NCBI GenBank assembly: GCA_021613535.1
Contig: CP075494.1
Location: forward strand, 13,640,001-13,704,000
Length of the DNA stretch: 64,000 bases
Direction of reading: 5' to 3'
Origin: Adineta vaga
Taxonomy: Eukaryota > Animalia > Rotifera
Shown: piece after piece, positions 12,452-27,149 of the stretch
How positions within the stretch are numbered: the first letter of the stretch is position 1
Layout: each line of letters opens with the position of its first letter
The notes under the pieces: model-generated
What the model was told of the DNA's origin: nothing
What the model saw: only the letters and a program-made list of their open reading frames with translations
Database searches by the model: none
Position numbers and translations under genes: made by a program

Positions 12452-14007
12452 AATTAGTATTGTCGTCGATCAGTGGACAACAAGTCAAACATGAAAGAAG
12501 AATGATATAATGGCGACCAATATAACAGTTCAAGACGAGTAGCACCAATGATGTCTGGATGGATGAGATGGTCGATGAAGAACAAACGTACAGAAGTAGA
12601 AGAAGAAGAAGAAGAAGAAAAACGAACCTCTTTTTTGTCTCTCTTCTCTGCTCTTCTCTTCTCTTCTCTTCTTTCTCTCTTCTTTCTTCCGTTTGTGATG
12701 TATGTATGTATGTATGTATGTGCGAGTAGTAAAGAGTATTTTCGTTCTTTTTTTTGCAATGTAAGGTATTGAATGGTTATGATTGTTGTAACTACTACCA
12801 CCACCGCCACCAAATGAGAAATGTAGAGAAGACGATGATGACAAAGAAGAAAGGAGACCGAACAAGATAAACAAATGCCTGAACGATTGTTGGAAAAGAA
12901 ACTAAAATAGCTAAATTAAATTAGTATTAAATTGTACATTGATTTGTTCTTCATTTTCATTTGATTTATTTTTTTTTTAAGTAAAAGAGTAAGAAAGAGA
13001 AAAAAACGACAAAAGAAAAGTCAAGAATGAAAGGTAAAGCAATTCAATCTGAAAATGCAATCGAGCATAGACGAGTGACGAATGATAATCACTTCTTTCG
13101 CTATTCGTTCTGTCGTCTAATCGGATCGATCCAATACATACAATACTAATGATGATACATTAACGCGCCCTCCAGTCGTGCTCTCGCCATGAATACTAAA
13201 CATAATAACGTGAGAACGAGAGAAAAAGTCAGACAATGAACATGCGCTAACGCTCAGCCTACCGAGTGCGAACACCGGAATGGCTAATTCATATCTTGAC
13301 TGTTAGTGACCACACATATGTACACCCATACATCTCTATACACACAGTATTGTATACATGTATATGTGTGTGTGTGTGAGTTGGTAGGTCGGTCCCATAA
13401 GGGTCATTCATCTCTTTCTTCCTGCCGCAATGTGTCATCGACTGAACTAGTAAAATTATTCTTTAGGTCGTTTCAATGGATTACCCTCAACGACATGCAT
13501 ATATACACTTCACATCTGATAACAATATAACGTGTGTCTTTGTTCGTGTCTGCGAATAAATTGCGACTAGTAAAATATTAACCTTGATATATGTATATGC
13601 ATATATCATTGAAACAAGGTAGTAGAGACATCGATCACTAGAAATAATATTGATCTTTACGGTTTTTCTTCATTAAATATCAGTCCGACATCCGCACTAA
13701 TAACAACAACAACAACAACAACAACAGGTTTACAATTTCATCATATAGCCTTTAGAATTTTTCAGTGATTGTAGACGCATCTCTCTCACGCTCTTTTCCC
13801 TCGATCCTCAAAGTTCAAGGTTTAACATCTTGACAAATACCTCGAATAAATCAGTATATCATTTTTCTTGTCTTTTCAATTTTTGAAACAATTAAAACAA
13901 AGAAAAAAGAAGAAGAAGAAAACGACGAAAATGTTTTAATGCAATCAATCGATTACAACACTTTCTTCTTTTTTTTTTTCTTTTACTTAACAAAAAAAAC
14001 GAAATGA

Positions 14008-17000
14008 TTAACTAAAATGAACACGTTTCTTTTTTTTCAAGTTTGTTTGATTCATTTGTCGACGTTTTTCTCGACGTGTTAGTTTTGGTTTTCGTTTTCC
14101 AGTCTTCTTCATATGTTTATCATAACGACGAGTACGTTGTGCAAACGTTCGTTCACGATCAAGTTCCCATTTAATTTGTTTCATTTCTAAAAGAACATCA
14201 TGTTTTCATCAATAATCATAGGACATTTCTTTTTTTTCATACCTCGTTCATTATCTACTTTAAAATTGTCACGAATATGTTCGTTACTAATTGTTTCATG
14301 ATCATTATCATCAAGTTGTTCATCATCGGATAGTTCATCACCATCATTTAATGTAAAAGGACGATTGTCTATACCATCACCATCATCATCATCATCATTA
14401 GTTTGTTCATCATTACGATGAACAGGTTGTACAGTACTAGAAATAGAAAAAAATTTTAATTTGAATGAAACAATCTACTCGTTTTCCTTCTTCATTTTTA
14501 ATAATAATGACAAACCTTGCAATATCTTCGACGCTATTGTTATCATCTTCATCAACATCAATTTCATCTTTATCAACATCGTCCATAAAATGGTCTAATG
14601 AACATCGAATAATATCAAGATTTGTCGCATAAGATAAGATAAGATTAAAATATAATTAAATATTCTAAGCTAGTAATCACTAATACTTGTTCTGTAGTTC
14701 GTTTTTCTCTCCATTGTACATCGAACTTACATTCGAATAAAGGTCATATGAAAACTGATACAAGTGTCAAACTCGAATAATATCACTTGATTTTATTAGT
14801 TGACCATGACCAGTCGAGTTGATACTCGAAAAATTTTATCTTTTCATTATTTTATGACTACAATTATAAAATAATTTATTCTCTCTATTGCAGGACATAT
14901 CTCTATTGTAGTTAGAACTTTGTTGAAAGTGAAGAGAATCGAACCTTTTCTCCACCGTTCGATGTCCTTCGAAGAAATCCAATAGTAAAAATAATGATTA
15001 GAAGACACTTGTCGTCTCTCATTTCCTCTCATACACAGTACGCAAACAATAACAAATCAGTATGCTGAAGTAATATGAAAAGTATTAGTTAAAGGATTAA
15101 ATTCATTGGTTATACTCGACTATGTGATATTCATCTATCGATGTATGAACATGGTCATAGTCAATTATCGTTGATATATGAATAGATCAATATTTTACTT
15201 ACCTAAATACTTATCAAATTCATCGTCAGAGACACTTTCGATACTTTCATTATCATCAATATCTCCTTCGAAATCGTCTGTTGATTTATCCTTCTTTCTT
15301 GATTGAGCTGCTTCATTATTTTCTTGTCGCATTTTCATAAAACTAAAACGAAAAGAAAAGAAAACATTTTGACTTTTAACCTTTTCCGAAAAAAAAGAAT
15401 TTACGTATAAAGAAAGCGTTCATCAGCGGGAATATGTGCTGGATTTAATCGTGTATATTCACTACTGTCCACAGCAACAGCTTTAACACCTTTTGGAAGA
15501 TAAAGTCGTCCAGCAGCATGACGAGATTTTTTACGAAGAATTTCTAAATGAATGAATGAATAAACATCTCAATGAAAAACAAAAATCAATGATAGTACCA
15601 TGTTTAGCAATTTCTTTCTTTGGATTTTTATAAATAAATCGATCGAAAAATCGCATTGAATTGAAATCAATTAATGGATTACCATTATATTCAATTGATT
15701 TACCCTAATTTTAAATAAACTAAATCAATTTAACAAGCATTCTATTGAGTTTCATACTTGAAAAATATTTTCAGCGAATAAAGCAACAGTTGGATGAGAA
15801 TGATTTCGAAGAAATAATAATTCATGAAAACATGTATATTCACTTCCACAATAGAGTGGATTACGTTTAAATATATCGTAATGATCAATATTCGTTTGTT
15901 TTGGTTGATTCAAATTTTTATGATCCCAAGAAGATGTTTCTGGAACTGTTTGTAATGGTTGATCATCATCACTTGGTACATCATGAAAATGTTCTTCTTC
16001 ATCTTCGTCTTCGCCAGTTGTTTGACCCATTTTAATGTTAGTTTTTTGAGAAAATAGAAGTAATCTTGAACCATTTGGATGTCGTTTAACAAGTTCAGAG
16101 ATTAGTAAAAGTATTCCACAAATAAATGGAACATCATTGAAAAGACATAATTGTAATAAACGTTTCATAAATGCTCTAATTCGTGATTCCATTGAATCTT
16201 TTAGCATAGATTTAAATATTAGATTAAGAAATGTTGAAAGCATCTTCGAATTTTTCCATTCGGGTTCAGATAATTTCTTGTATAAAGCATTATAATATCG
16301 ATCATCAATTTCCGATCTAAAGAATTCCATTGACTTTTACAAAAAAAACAACACAACGAAAGATTTACCGTTGTTCAGCAAGTCGAAAGAGTAATTGTAA
16401 TGCTCGAACACTTGTTTTAAAGTTTGTCGAATGAACAATACGAAAGAGATCATTGAGATGTTCAATAATATTATCAAGATCAACTAAAATATAAAGTCAA
16501 GGATATATTTGTAAGATTTTGTTTATACAGATTTTTCTTATTCCTCGAATGCATATTTCTCATTATTGAACAGATTTGACACCTCGAGAATGCCTTCTCT
16601 GCGTTCAGCATTTGTTGATGTAAACATATGGAAAAGCTTTCTTCGAAGGTTATTAGGGGTCATCATTGGATCAAACAAGACATCTGTCTTGTGAACATTG
16701 CTATGCTTGTAATATTCAGAAAAAAAACGACGATTTCTTATTCTTTTGTAACCTTGTGTTAGATTTGTATAGCGAATAGTTCAAATATGTTTATCGTCTG
16801 TCTAAATAGAATCTAATTTCTGCCAAGCGTTAATTACATCAATTAGATAAACGCTTTCAGTCTGACATGACTCGTCAAAAGAATTAATTCTTCTGATCCT
16901 TGAACGCACAATAATCAGATGTTTGCATAGACGTGATGGGTATGTAAAAGAAGCAAATAGATTTCTTTTTTACCTTGAGCAAATGATATCGCTCGAGTGA

Positions 17001-18237
17001 CACCACCCAAAAGTATTGCAAAGAACTTTGAACTAACATCTTCTTTTATACTGAGTAACTAAAATGTAAAATTTCAATTGAATTTCTTTAATCTTGAACT
17101 TTTTTGTTTTTGCATTTACTCGAAAAAGTGCAAAATAAATTTTAATCAATTTATTCGCTAATTCATTATCTTGACTTGAAAATGTTATTGCTGTTAAACA
17201 ACATAAACCATAATGTCTATGAATCAATAGAGATCAAAAATAAAGAAGGAGTCAAGTTGAATATAGTTACTGTGCATTTTGACGGATATTTTGTCGAAAA
17301 AGAAGTCGTTCAATTTCATTGACAACAACAGCTTTCATGCCAGGATGTTGTTCCACTATAAAATTAAAATAATTTAATAAGAAAAAATCAGATTTTTTGT
17401 CTTACAGAGTTGATTGAGTAGATGTAATGTTTTAGCAGCAACATTTGAGTCTGGATCACCTAATTTATCAACAATCAATTCAAGTAAACGTTTTTCTTGT
17501 TCTGGTCGTTGTGATAATAAACGTTCGAGCATTGATACTGCTTTAATTCTTATCGGACCGATTGGATCATGTGCAATTTGCTAAAGAGAAGAAATGATGA
17601 AAATTTTATCGATAGAAAAACTTTTTCGTATACTTGAAGAAGGTCAATGAACTTAGAATAAAGTTGTTTAATAGTATCTTCGACATGCGCAAGTGCAGCT
17701 GCTTGTTTTGTATTTGGTGTTTGTTGCGTAATGTTCAATAAACGACGATTTTCTGGTAAATAAGTATTGAGAAAAATATCTTGAAGAACTTCGGCTATTG
17801 TCAATGCATCACGACGATGTTGAATATTCGATTGTAGAAGATTGATTAAAGTTTCAAGTTCGAATATTGTATGAATTGGTGAACGACGAATCAATGTGAC
17901 TAAAGCAGCAAGACGATCCTAAAACGAAAATGATGTTTTCGAAAAGAAACTTCCAAAAAAAAGAAGAATGTTTCACTTTTGATGTAGTGGAAAGAGATGT
18001 TTGTAACCATTGATAATCTGATGTCTGATCTTGTTGGTAAAGTGTTTGATAAAGAGTACGTTCGGATCGATAGATTTCTTCACATTTTCGTTTATCGAAT
18101 TTTTCATGGTTTGATTTCGATGACGATAAATTATCTATTGCATACCATTTAGGTATATCTTTACCTACTTTGAAAAGTAGTTCAGATTTCGATGGAGTGA
18201 ATGTTTGAGATTGGGATTTTTTCGATTTTGCAACCAT
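14008..18237 (-). CDS. CEBPZ: CCAAT/enhancer-binding protein zeta / Mak21 (Noc1) ribosome-biogenesis factor, multi-exon
   Basis: Motifs RPEQEKRLL..IVDKLGDP, HPGMKAVVVNEIERLLFR, DRYYNALYKKL, RIRAFMKRLLQ, KRNPLYCG, HSHPTVALFA, NPLIDFNSMRFFDRFIYKNPK; acidic tail and KQIKWE; stop TAA at 14010-14008. Confidence 0.92.
14797..15167. mobile_element. Possible MITE-like / foldback insertion in an enlarged CEBPZ intron
   Basis: tagttgaccatgacca (14797-14812) is the reverse complement of tggtcatagtcaatta (15152-15167) at 14/16 positions; inner pair gtcgagt/actcgac; TA at both outer ends. Confidence 0.35.
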
Positions 18238-19277
18238 CTATAAAATAAATTCAATAATTAATTTCAATTCATTCGAATAAAATCTACTAACACCAATGAA
18301 TATAAATGAAAATGATGAACTGAATTATACTAGTCGTTTAAGATCAATAAAAGATTGGTTGATAAAAGTATAGGAGTCTTAAGACTAAATTATAGATGTC
18401 GCTCATATACAAGTTTCTTTTTTGTATCAATATTATTTTAATTCGAATTCATTAACTACTTTTTCAAGGCATGTTTCAGGTGAAGTACACGTAAGATGAT
18501 CATAGATTATTTGTTTCTATATATAGTAAATCTTGCATAATTCAAGTTTATTTCATTTACTCATCTTTACAATCTACACATAGGTTTTCAGTAATTCTTA
18601 TCATGACAACTGATAAAAAACAATCAATTGTACTTTGTATTGATATAACAATACTTTCGTATACAGTTAAATTAATGTATCATCTACATCTTCTAAAGAA
18701 TTTAACTAACATATATCATCATTTTGATCAACCATGTGTTTTTATTCATAATTATAAGGATGATCATCGTAAATCGGTTGGTTGTATTGTTCTTGGGAGA
18801 ATAAGTTGAAAATATTTTATTGATTTTCCTTTCAGCAATACTTTTGTCTGGAATTTTTTATGAGATAATTGCTGTCGAGACACAAAAGTAATGCATATAT
18901 TGTCTTATGTTTGTCTTGATAACAAAAAGACTTCGTACTTGGAAAATCTATATAAATTGATCCGGATATTTTCGTAAATAAAACGAATTACTTCATAAAA
19001 TAAGTGAAGATTGTACAAAAGTAACTTATTTCATCTTATGCACGCAAATTTCTTAGACAAACATGTTTTTGTCGAGTATTGAGTATAGGAAAATATTGAT
19101 AGATAATGTCAAATATTAAGTCATTCTCTTCAAATATTTAATCATTAAAATTAATAAATCGACAACAATTGAATTCTTAAAAAATATCTATTCGAACAAA
19201 AATAAGTTTTAACATTGAGACGAATGATAAAGAATAGATTAATCTGTACACTTTATTTCGTAGACTAAAGTAATACA

Positions 19278-22200
19278 ATGCGTGAGAAAAGAATATCAAA
19301 TATTATTGCAAAGAGTACTGATATTACTCTATTAAAAATGCAGTCTATCTCAGAAAAAAAGTAAGATTTTCATTTGATATCTTATATAACATTTGTTTCT
19401 AATGTTCAGAGTTGGTGATTTAAATGGTGAAAAGTGTTTTGCTGAACCCATCAATGAAGCGATACAAAATAAAGAATCGATCAGTTTTCGAAATCTTGTA
19501 AAGAAATAGACGATTCAATATCTCTTCTTTTCTGATAGAATATATTTTTAGTGTCGATTCTTCACTCCAGTCGATTTATTATATTTTACATTAGCAAGTT
19601 TGGCAGCAGGAGTCCTTGGTGTTACCTTACCATTATCAATGGTTATATTCGGTGATTCGATAGATGCATTCATTGAACGAACAACTGATCTTTGTACGTT
19701 AAATTATACTTCTCTAACTCAAATGTATTGTCCTCCAGAAATCACCTTAACATCATCAAATTTTCATACAGTATCATCGTAAGTGTAATCGAATATTTAA
19801 TCATTAATGTACTTTTGTTGTAGATTATGTAATATAACTGGATTGAATATTACTGATGTTAATAGTCGAATACATAATCAAATTATATATTCAATTATTA
19901 TTGGTTGTGTAGCATTTCTTGTCGGTTATATACGAACAGTATGTTTTAGTTCATTAGCAGATCGACAAAATCGAATAATACGTCAGAAATTATTTCAATC
20001 CATTCTTCAAAAAGATATCTTTTTCTTTGATCAACATAAAACTGGTGAATTAACTACATCTTTAACTGATGATGTTAATAAAATTTCGAATGGTATCGGA
20101 GATAAACTTGGAACAGTCATAGAAATTGGATCGACTTTTATTAGTTGCTTAATTATTGGTAAGAACTTCGTTAGATCAAAACAGTTAATTGAATATCTAT
20201 GGATTATTTAGGTTTTTTCAAAGGATGGAAATTAACACTTGTCATATTGTCAATGTTGCCTATTGTTTTTCTTGCAATTATTATTTCCAGTAGAGTAAGT
20301 GTCAACATGTGATAGAATATCATCGATTTGAATATACATATACATCTAGATTATTGGAAAAATGGTATCTAGAGAATTGAAAGCATATGGTAAAGCTGGT
20401 GCAGTTGCAGAAGAAGTTATTAGTTCAATTCGTACAGTTCTGTGCTATAATGGTCAAGAACGTGAAAGGCATAGGTTTGCAAAGATTATTAAACATGTTT
20501 CCTTTTGTCAAACATAGATTTTTAATAGATATGAACAACATTTGGATGTAGCGAAAAAGAGTGGTATGAGAAAAAGTCTTGTTGATGGGATTGCAAATGG
20601 AATATTGTTGTGTTTGATTTATTCGATATTTGCGTTAGGTAATGTAATATATTTCGAGATCATTGTTGGCATGTTTTCATTATAGGATTTTGGTATGGAG
20701 CAAAATTAGTTCGAGAAGAAGATTACAGTATTGGCAATGTTTTTACTGTAAGGATCTAAAATTATTACAAATTGTATTATGTAGAATTTCATTTAGATTT
20801 TCATGGGTATCTACATGGGTGTTCTTTGTTTGGAACAAGCTAGTCCATTTTTTCAAGCAGTTATTCAAGCACGCGTTGCAGCAAGTATTATTTGGAGTAT
20901 TATTGATGAGGTAAAGAAACAGTCTTGTTCTCGAATGTATATCTATGGTAATATTTACGCAGCCTACAACCATTAAAAATGATTCGAAGAATGGTTTAAA
21001 GAAAGAAAATCTTACTGGTGATATTCAGTTTTGTAATGTTCATTTCTCCTATCCAACACGATCAAAAGTTCCGATACTCAATGGTCTATCGTTCAATGTT
21101 GTACATGGTCAAACAATTGCGATTGTCGGTTCTTCGGGATCAGGAAAATCAACATGTATTCAATTATTACAACGATTTTATGATTATCAATCAGGTGCTA
21201 TTCTTCTTGATGGTGTGAAAGTTAGTGATTATAATTTAAAATGGTTACGACAACATCTTGGTGTTGTTAGCCAAGAACCAATTCTATTTCAAACCACTAT
21301 TCGTGAAAATATTCTTTGTGGTTGTGAATCAGCTACTGATGAAGAAATATATCAAGCAGCTAAAATAGCCAATGCACATAATTTTATCATGTCTTTACCA
21401 CAGGTAAAATGAGATATAGGAAAGATTCTGTTGATTAATCTACGATTGTTGTATAGAAATATGAAACTCGAGTAGGTGAACGTGGAGTAGCATTATCAGG
21501 TGGTCAAAAACAAAGAATTGGTAATTAATTATATTGACATAATTCTCATTTCTATTCGAAATATTTTAGCTATAGCTCGAGCATTGATTCGGAATCCAAA
21601 AATCTTACTTCTTGACGAAGGTAAATTATGAATTGTAATTCTTATCAATTTCTATAAACTTCTTCATAGCTACCAGTGCACTTGATAATGAAAGTGAAAA
21701 ATTAGTACAAGAAGCTTTAGATCGTGCTGCTAAAGGTATGTGACATGACATATAAAGATCTATTACAATTTGTTTTTATGACATAGGGCGAACTACATTA
21801 ATCATTGCTCATCGTCTTTCAACTATTCGTCATGCTGATAAAATTGTTGTCGTAAACAAAGGTGAAGTAGTTGAAGAAGGTGATCATGAATCATTGATGA
21901 AAGCTCGTGGTATCTATTTTGATCTTGTTGAACATCAACAATTACGACAAGTCGAAGAACACGAAGCGATGAAGTTGGAAAATTCTGACGTAGCTTCATT
22001 ATTTCCAAGTCAATTTGGTCCGAATAGGAAACGTCGATCAACACTTGTAAATATTGCTACATCAATGTTACATACAATACATCCGAGAAGAAATTCGATT
22101 CGTGATCCAGATTCTCTGAAAGACGTTCAGAAAGTAATTGAATTTGCATAAATCTTGACTTTATTTTTCGATTGAAATACTCATTTCATAGGAAATTGAT

Positions 22201-24712
22201 TCCAATACGACTTTATCAATTTTCAAAATGAACAAACCTGAATGGTTGTTAATTACTCTTGGATGTATTGCAGCTTTTTTCAATGGTGCTCTTGAACCTA
22301 CATCTGCTATTGTTCAAACGAAATTAGTTACAGTAAACGATTTTCAATTCATTTTCTCTTTCCTAGAATTCGAATCGATTTTTATTGCAAAAGGCTTTTG
22401 AAGAATGTGATAAAGACGTTCAAGCACGACAAGTACTAATCTGTTCTCTCATTTACGTGGGCTTTGGAATTTGTGGTTTCATTGTTCAATCATCACAAGT
22501 GAAAATTATTCTATTCTTATTCAATTCTATATTTTCTTCTCCTTTTAGATTTTTCTTTTTGCTTGGTCTGGTGAAGCTTTAACAAAACGACTTCGTTCTA
22601 AAACATTTCGTGCTATTCTTCGTCAAGATATTGCTTTTTTTGATGAACCTGAACATAGTAGCGGTGCATTATGTACATATCTTGCTACAGAAGCATCAGC
22701 TGTTCAAGGCGCAAGTGGTGTTCGTTTAGGTGTATTTTTTCAAAATTTCATTACCGTAGGCGCTGGTATTCTGATTGGATTTATCTTTTCTTGGCAATTA
22801 ACATTATTAATCATTGGATTTTTGCCATTGATTATCTTCGGAGCAGTACTACAAGTTCGTTTAATTACAAAATTTGCAAAGAAAGATAAAGAACATTTCG
22901 AAAATGCTGGAAAGGTTTGTAATAACAAAATAAAATACATTTGTTTCATCGTTATCGTAAATGTTTTTCTAGGTTGCAATGGAAGTCATACAAAATATTC
23001 GAACAGTAATGCAATTATCGAAAGAAACTTATTTCTATGATCAATATACTCATTTCATCGATATTGTTCATCGGTAATATTTGTTTATCTTAGAATGAAA
23101 ATGATTTGTTGCTTTTCCTTCAGATCATCACGAAAACGAATACAAATTCTGAGTATTCTCTATGCTTTAACAAGTGGAATATTTTTCTTTGCAATGGCTG
23201 CATTAATAGCACTTGGTGCTTATCTAATCAATCGAAAAATGATTACTTTCCAAGATTTTTTTATGTAAGATATTTATCTCAATAATAAATTGAACAAACT
23301 ATGGAATATTTATTCTTTAGGGTTTTCGATTCTATTGCTCTTACTGCACGAATTGCAAGTCAAACGTTAACATTGTAGGTTCTTTTTTCGAATAGATTGA
23401 ATAGAATAGAGATAAGAATGATTTTCTAGATCTCCAGATTACGGCAGAGCAATTAAAGCTGCTGAAAATATTTTTAATTTATTAAATCGAAAACCATTGA
23501 TTGATAATGAATCTAGAAAAGGTCGTCAGATCGTAAGGGAAATTGATTAATAGATAATACATATGAATGCTCTAATTTAGTCGAATTTTACGGGAGAAAT
23601 ACAATTTGATAATGTTTATTTCTGTTATCCAAGTAGATCAGAAACAACAGTACTAAGAAATTTCAAACTTCAAATCAAACCTGGTATGTAATTCATATTG
23701 TATTGAGTAAATATATTCAAACTTTTTTTCTTTCTTGCTAGGTCAAAAAGTGGCATTGATTGGTATATTTAATTGTTTTAATCTTATTGTCATTTGATTG
23801 AACAATTCATAGGTACATCTGGATGTGGTAAATCAACAACAATCCAATTATTGGAACGTTTTTATGACCCGAATGATGGTCGTTTGGTAAAGAGTTTTTT
23901 TTTTTTCATTCTATAACAATTTAGTCATCATTTTTCTTTCAGTTAGTCGATTCTGAAGATATACGAAATCTTGATTTATATTGGTATCGATCACAAAGTT
24001 TGTAGATATATTTTTCATTGAAATTCTCGATTGATTTTTACTACTTTTTAGTTGGACTTGTTTCACAAGAACCGATACTTTTTGATATGTCGATTCATGA
24101 AAATATTGCCTATGGTGATACTAGTCGAGAGAATATTCCTTTTGAAGAAATTATTCAAGCTGCTAAAAATGCTAATGTACATGATTTTATTCAACGTTTA
24201 CCTGATGTAAGATATATCTAAATCATTCTACCAGTTGTTTCTTATCGATACAATTATAACAGGGATATCAAACAAGATGCGGTGCAAAAGGTGTTCAATT
24301 ATCTGGTGGACAAAAACAACGCATTGGTATAATATTGTATAGTATTTTATTGGATTATGATTGAGTTTTGTTTTAGCCATTGCTCGAGCATTGATACGAA
24401 ATCCAAAGATTCTCTTGTTGGATGAAGGTAAGATAAAAACTGAATAGAATAATTCAACGATTCACTTTGATTTGATATCTTTTAGCAACGAGTGCATTGG
24501 ATACTGAAAGTGAAAAGATTGTTCAAGAAGCTTTAGATTGTGCCCAAGAAAATCGAACATCCATTACGATTGCACATCGTCTATCAACAATTCAAAATGC
24601 AGATATGATTTGTGTATTACACAATGGTGTTGTTGTTGAATGTGGAACTCATGCTGAATTAATTGCACTCGGTGATCGATATTATCGTTTAGCATTGGGA
24701 AAACTTCATTAA
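19278..24712 (+). CDS. Full-length ABCB1/P-glycoprotein-type transporter (TMD-NBD-TMD-NBD), many short exons
   Basis: Walker [10 protein letters not shown] and GTSGCGKST; Q-loop VSQEP x2; [15 protein letters not shown] x2; LLLDEATSALD x2; IAHRLST x2; [10 protein letters not shown] and FSWQLTL. ATG at 19278 links in frame through three short exons. Confidence 0.95.
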
Positions 24713-27149
24713 CCAAAAAACAGATATACATATGTACATTTCGTGATTCATTCAAAGAGATATAATCATATTTAAAAACTAATTTCATGAGGCCTGGTAG
24801 AATCAATAAAATCCATTTTATAGTCAGTTGCACTAAATGAAAGAAACTGCTTTGAAAGTCAATGTCGATTACTTAGATGTGTCAGTGATGTGCATAATCG
24901 ACAAGATGTTCAAAGGAAGAATAGATTCTTATTTGATTTCATGCATGATAAGATAAACAAGTCAATTTTGCGTTCGAGGATTTTCTTACGTATAGATGCT
25001 AACGATCGAAGAACTCGATCAAGAAAATTGAATTATGGTCTAAGATCTACTATTCTATTAGTGAAGCACGCGATTAAGAAGAATAATCAGGAAGATTTAT
25101 TTTCACTAAATAATTGCGTTTGATGAATGTATATTAAGACATAATTTAACCGAGTATTTTGGGTTGAAAGAGTATAAAAGAAGAAAAATAAGTCCGAAGA
25201 TTTAATTGAAACATAAGAACTTTTCTTCTCGATACGTTCAATTTGAATAGTTATCAATCACTAATGAAAAACAAAGCAACGATATTCTATAGGGAGTTTT
25301 GAAAAAAGCAAACCAATGAATAATAAATTATTCAGATGAGAATGGTTAAAAATGAAATCTCTTTTTTTCTTTATTCATTGATTGATCAATCAATGCTCTA
25401 GTAATTTTATTTGAACAATAAAGAATAAATTATTAGATTCAGTATGTAAAATGTTTTCTAGAAGGTAAACAACATCAAACGTACTATTCATATCGATTGA
25501 TTACGTGCTATTCAACTAGTCAAGTAAATTTGTCAAAAACATTATTCATAAAATGCATTCAAGCTGCATTAATAAAACACACTTGCACTGCATTTCTTTT
25601 TTTCTTCTCTTAATCGAATACACAATTGGTATGTCCTATCATGGAACAGAAGAGAAAAATCTGTTCGACGCGATCAATTCCAATTTCAAGTAATGTGTAA
25701 AATATTTCTATTTGACTGATGTTTTTTTTTATAACAGTCATTTATGATCAATTAATGGTGTTTATATGAATATTAATTAGAATGTTAGTGTTTATCATGG
25801 TACGATAGATATGATTTAGTTAATAATAATGGACGAGAAGTATTTTATCATGTTTGAAAAGCCTTGTGCCGTTCTTATTTTTCTTCTTTATGATAGAGAA
25901 AAAGCATTACTACATTAGATTTCAATGTTCATTTATTTAAAAGCAAGAAAATCTTGAATATTCTTTAGATTAGTAACATTGACAGTATGTTAGAGTTTAT
26001 TATTGAATTATTAGTTTTTTTTTGTACAATGCTTCTCATTAAAGAAGTATCCCTCAGGAAAATTACAAGTAGCACATAAGTTCAATCCATAACAAAGACT
26101 ACTTGTAATATTTTTTAATAATAATAATCTTCGAGACGATTTTGCCTGAATTTTTTCATTAAATTCGACATGAAAAAAAGAAAACACATTTTATTAAGTG
26201 ACGTCTCTTCATAGTTTGATAAAGTAATTTTGTCTTTCGACATATGTCAATTTGACGCACGATGATTGAACTTGTCAATTAGATATGTTCGTTTTTTCGT
26301 ACTTTTATATTTAATGAAAATCATCATTTTCTTTGAGAACATCCGGAAGTTGTAGATCATTTCTTTGAAGATAAAAAGTTATTAATCTTTTCTTTTTTTT
26401 TGCTTTTACTGTCGTTTATTTTGCCTAACTAACTCTATATCCTTTCTGTCAACAGCTTCGGGTGTAAGCTTTTCGAACTATCAAGATACTTCATTTGATC
26501 TCATCGTGCGTAAGAATGACTGACACCGGAACTAATTCAAGGGTAGTAATATGAGAAAAGAAAAGAGAAATTATAAACAATGATCATCATTCTGCTCAAA
26601 AATTCGACGTCATTTGTAAGTGCAGATGACAGTCTGTCGAAATAATGCGTAGTAAAGTGAAAAAAAGTTATCTTAGTAAATATCTGCGAGAAAGTTGTTT
26701 TTCTTACTAAGATAGAAATGGGTATATCAAAATAGAAAGAGAACTATATTTACATTATGCATCTTGTTTTTGATTAGCTAGATACTTTTTTTGACATTTC
26801 TTGTTCCTTGCTTGTCTGTTCTTTTTTTAAGTTCTTTTCTTTTTGTTTTTCGAACAGAGATGAGCTTTTTTTCTTTGATAGATAGAAAACTAATTAGAAA
26901 AAAAATCACGTATTGGAAAAGACAATGAAAACGTTTATGAAGAAATTCTATTGATCCTTGATGATAAAAATATCTTCTTATCTTTATTCTCATCAAATTA
27001 GGTTGTTTTTGACAGGCACATATCTTCCAGATTGTCATTAATCCAAAACAATTACTTAGTTTTGCTTTTTAGTCCTTTTAGATGGCACAACAAACTAATA
27101 GAGTTGTTTTTTGACAACAATTTCGAAAACTCTTCTCGTACTAACAAAT

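Noticed and set aside
12454-12874. Overlapping ORFs rich in poly-F, poly-S, poly-E and poly-K
   Set aside because: Translations of (GAA)n and other simple repeats in probable UTR or promoter DNA.
13262-13300. Minus-strand exon-like segment ending G|GTAGGC
   Set aside because: No in-frame ATG; may be a 5' UTR exon but is unsupported.
16600-16670. Possible intronic C/D snoRNA in CEBPZ (ATGATGA...CTGA on the minus strand)
   Set aside because: No terminal stem and no rRNA-complementary guide that I could recognise; such boxes are common by chance in AT-rich DNA.
24750-27100. Long intergenic stretch searched for hidden genes or elements
   Set aside because: No convincing spliced ORF, terminal repeat or RNA gene seen; the same holds for 53000-54600.
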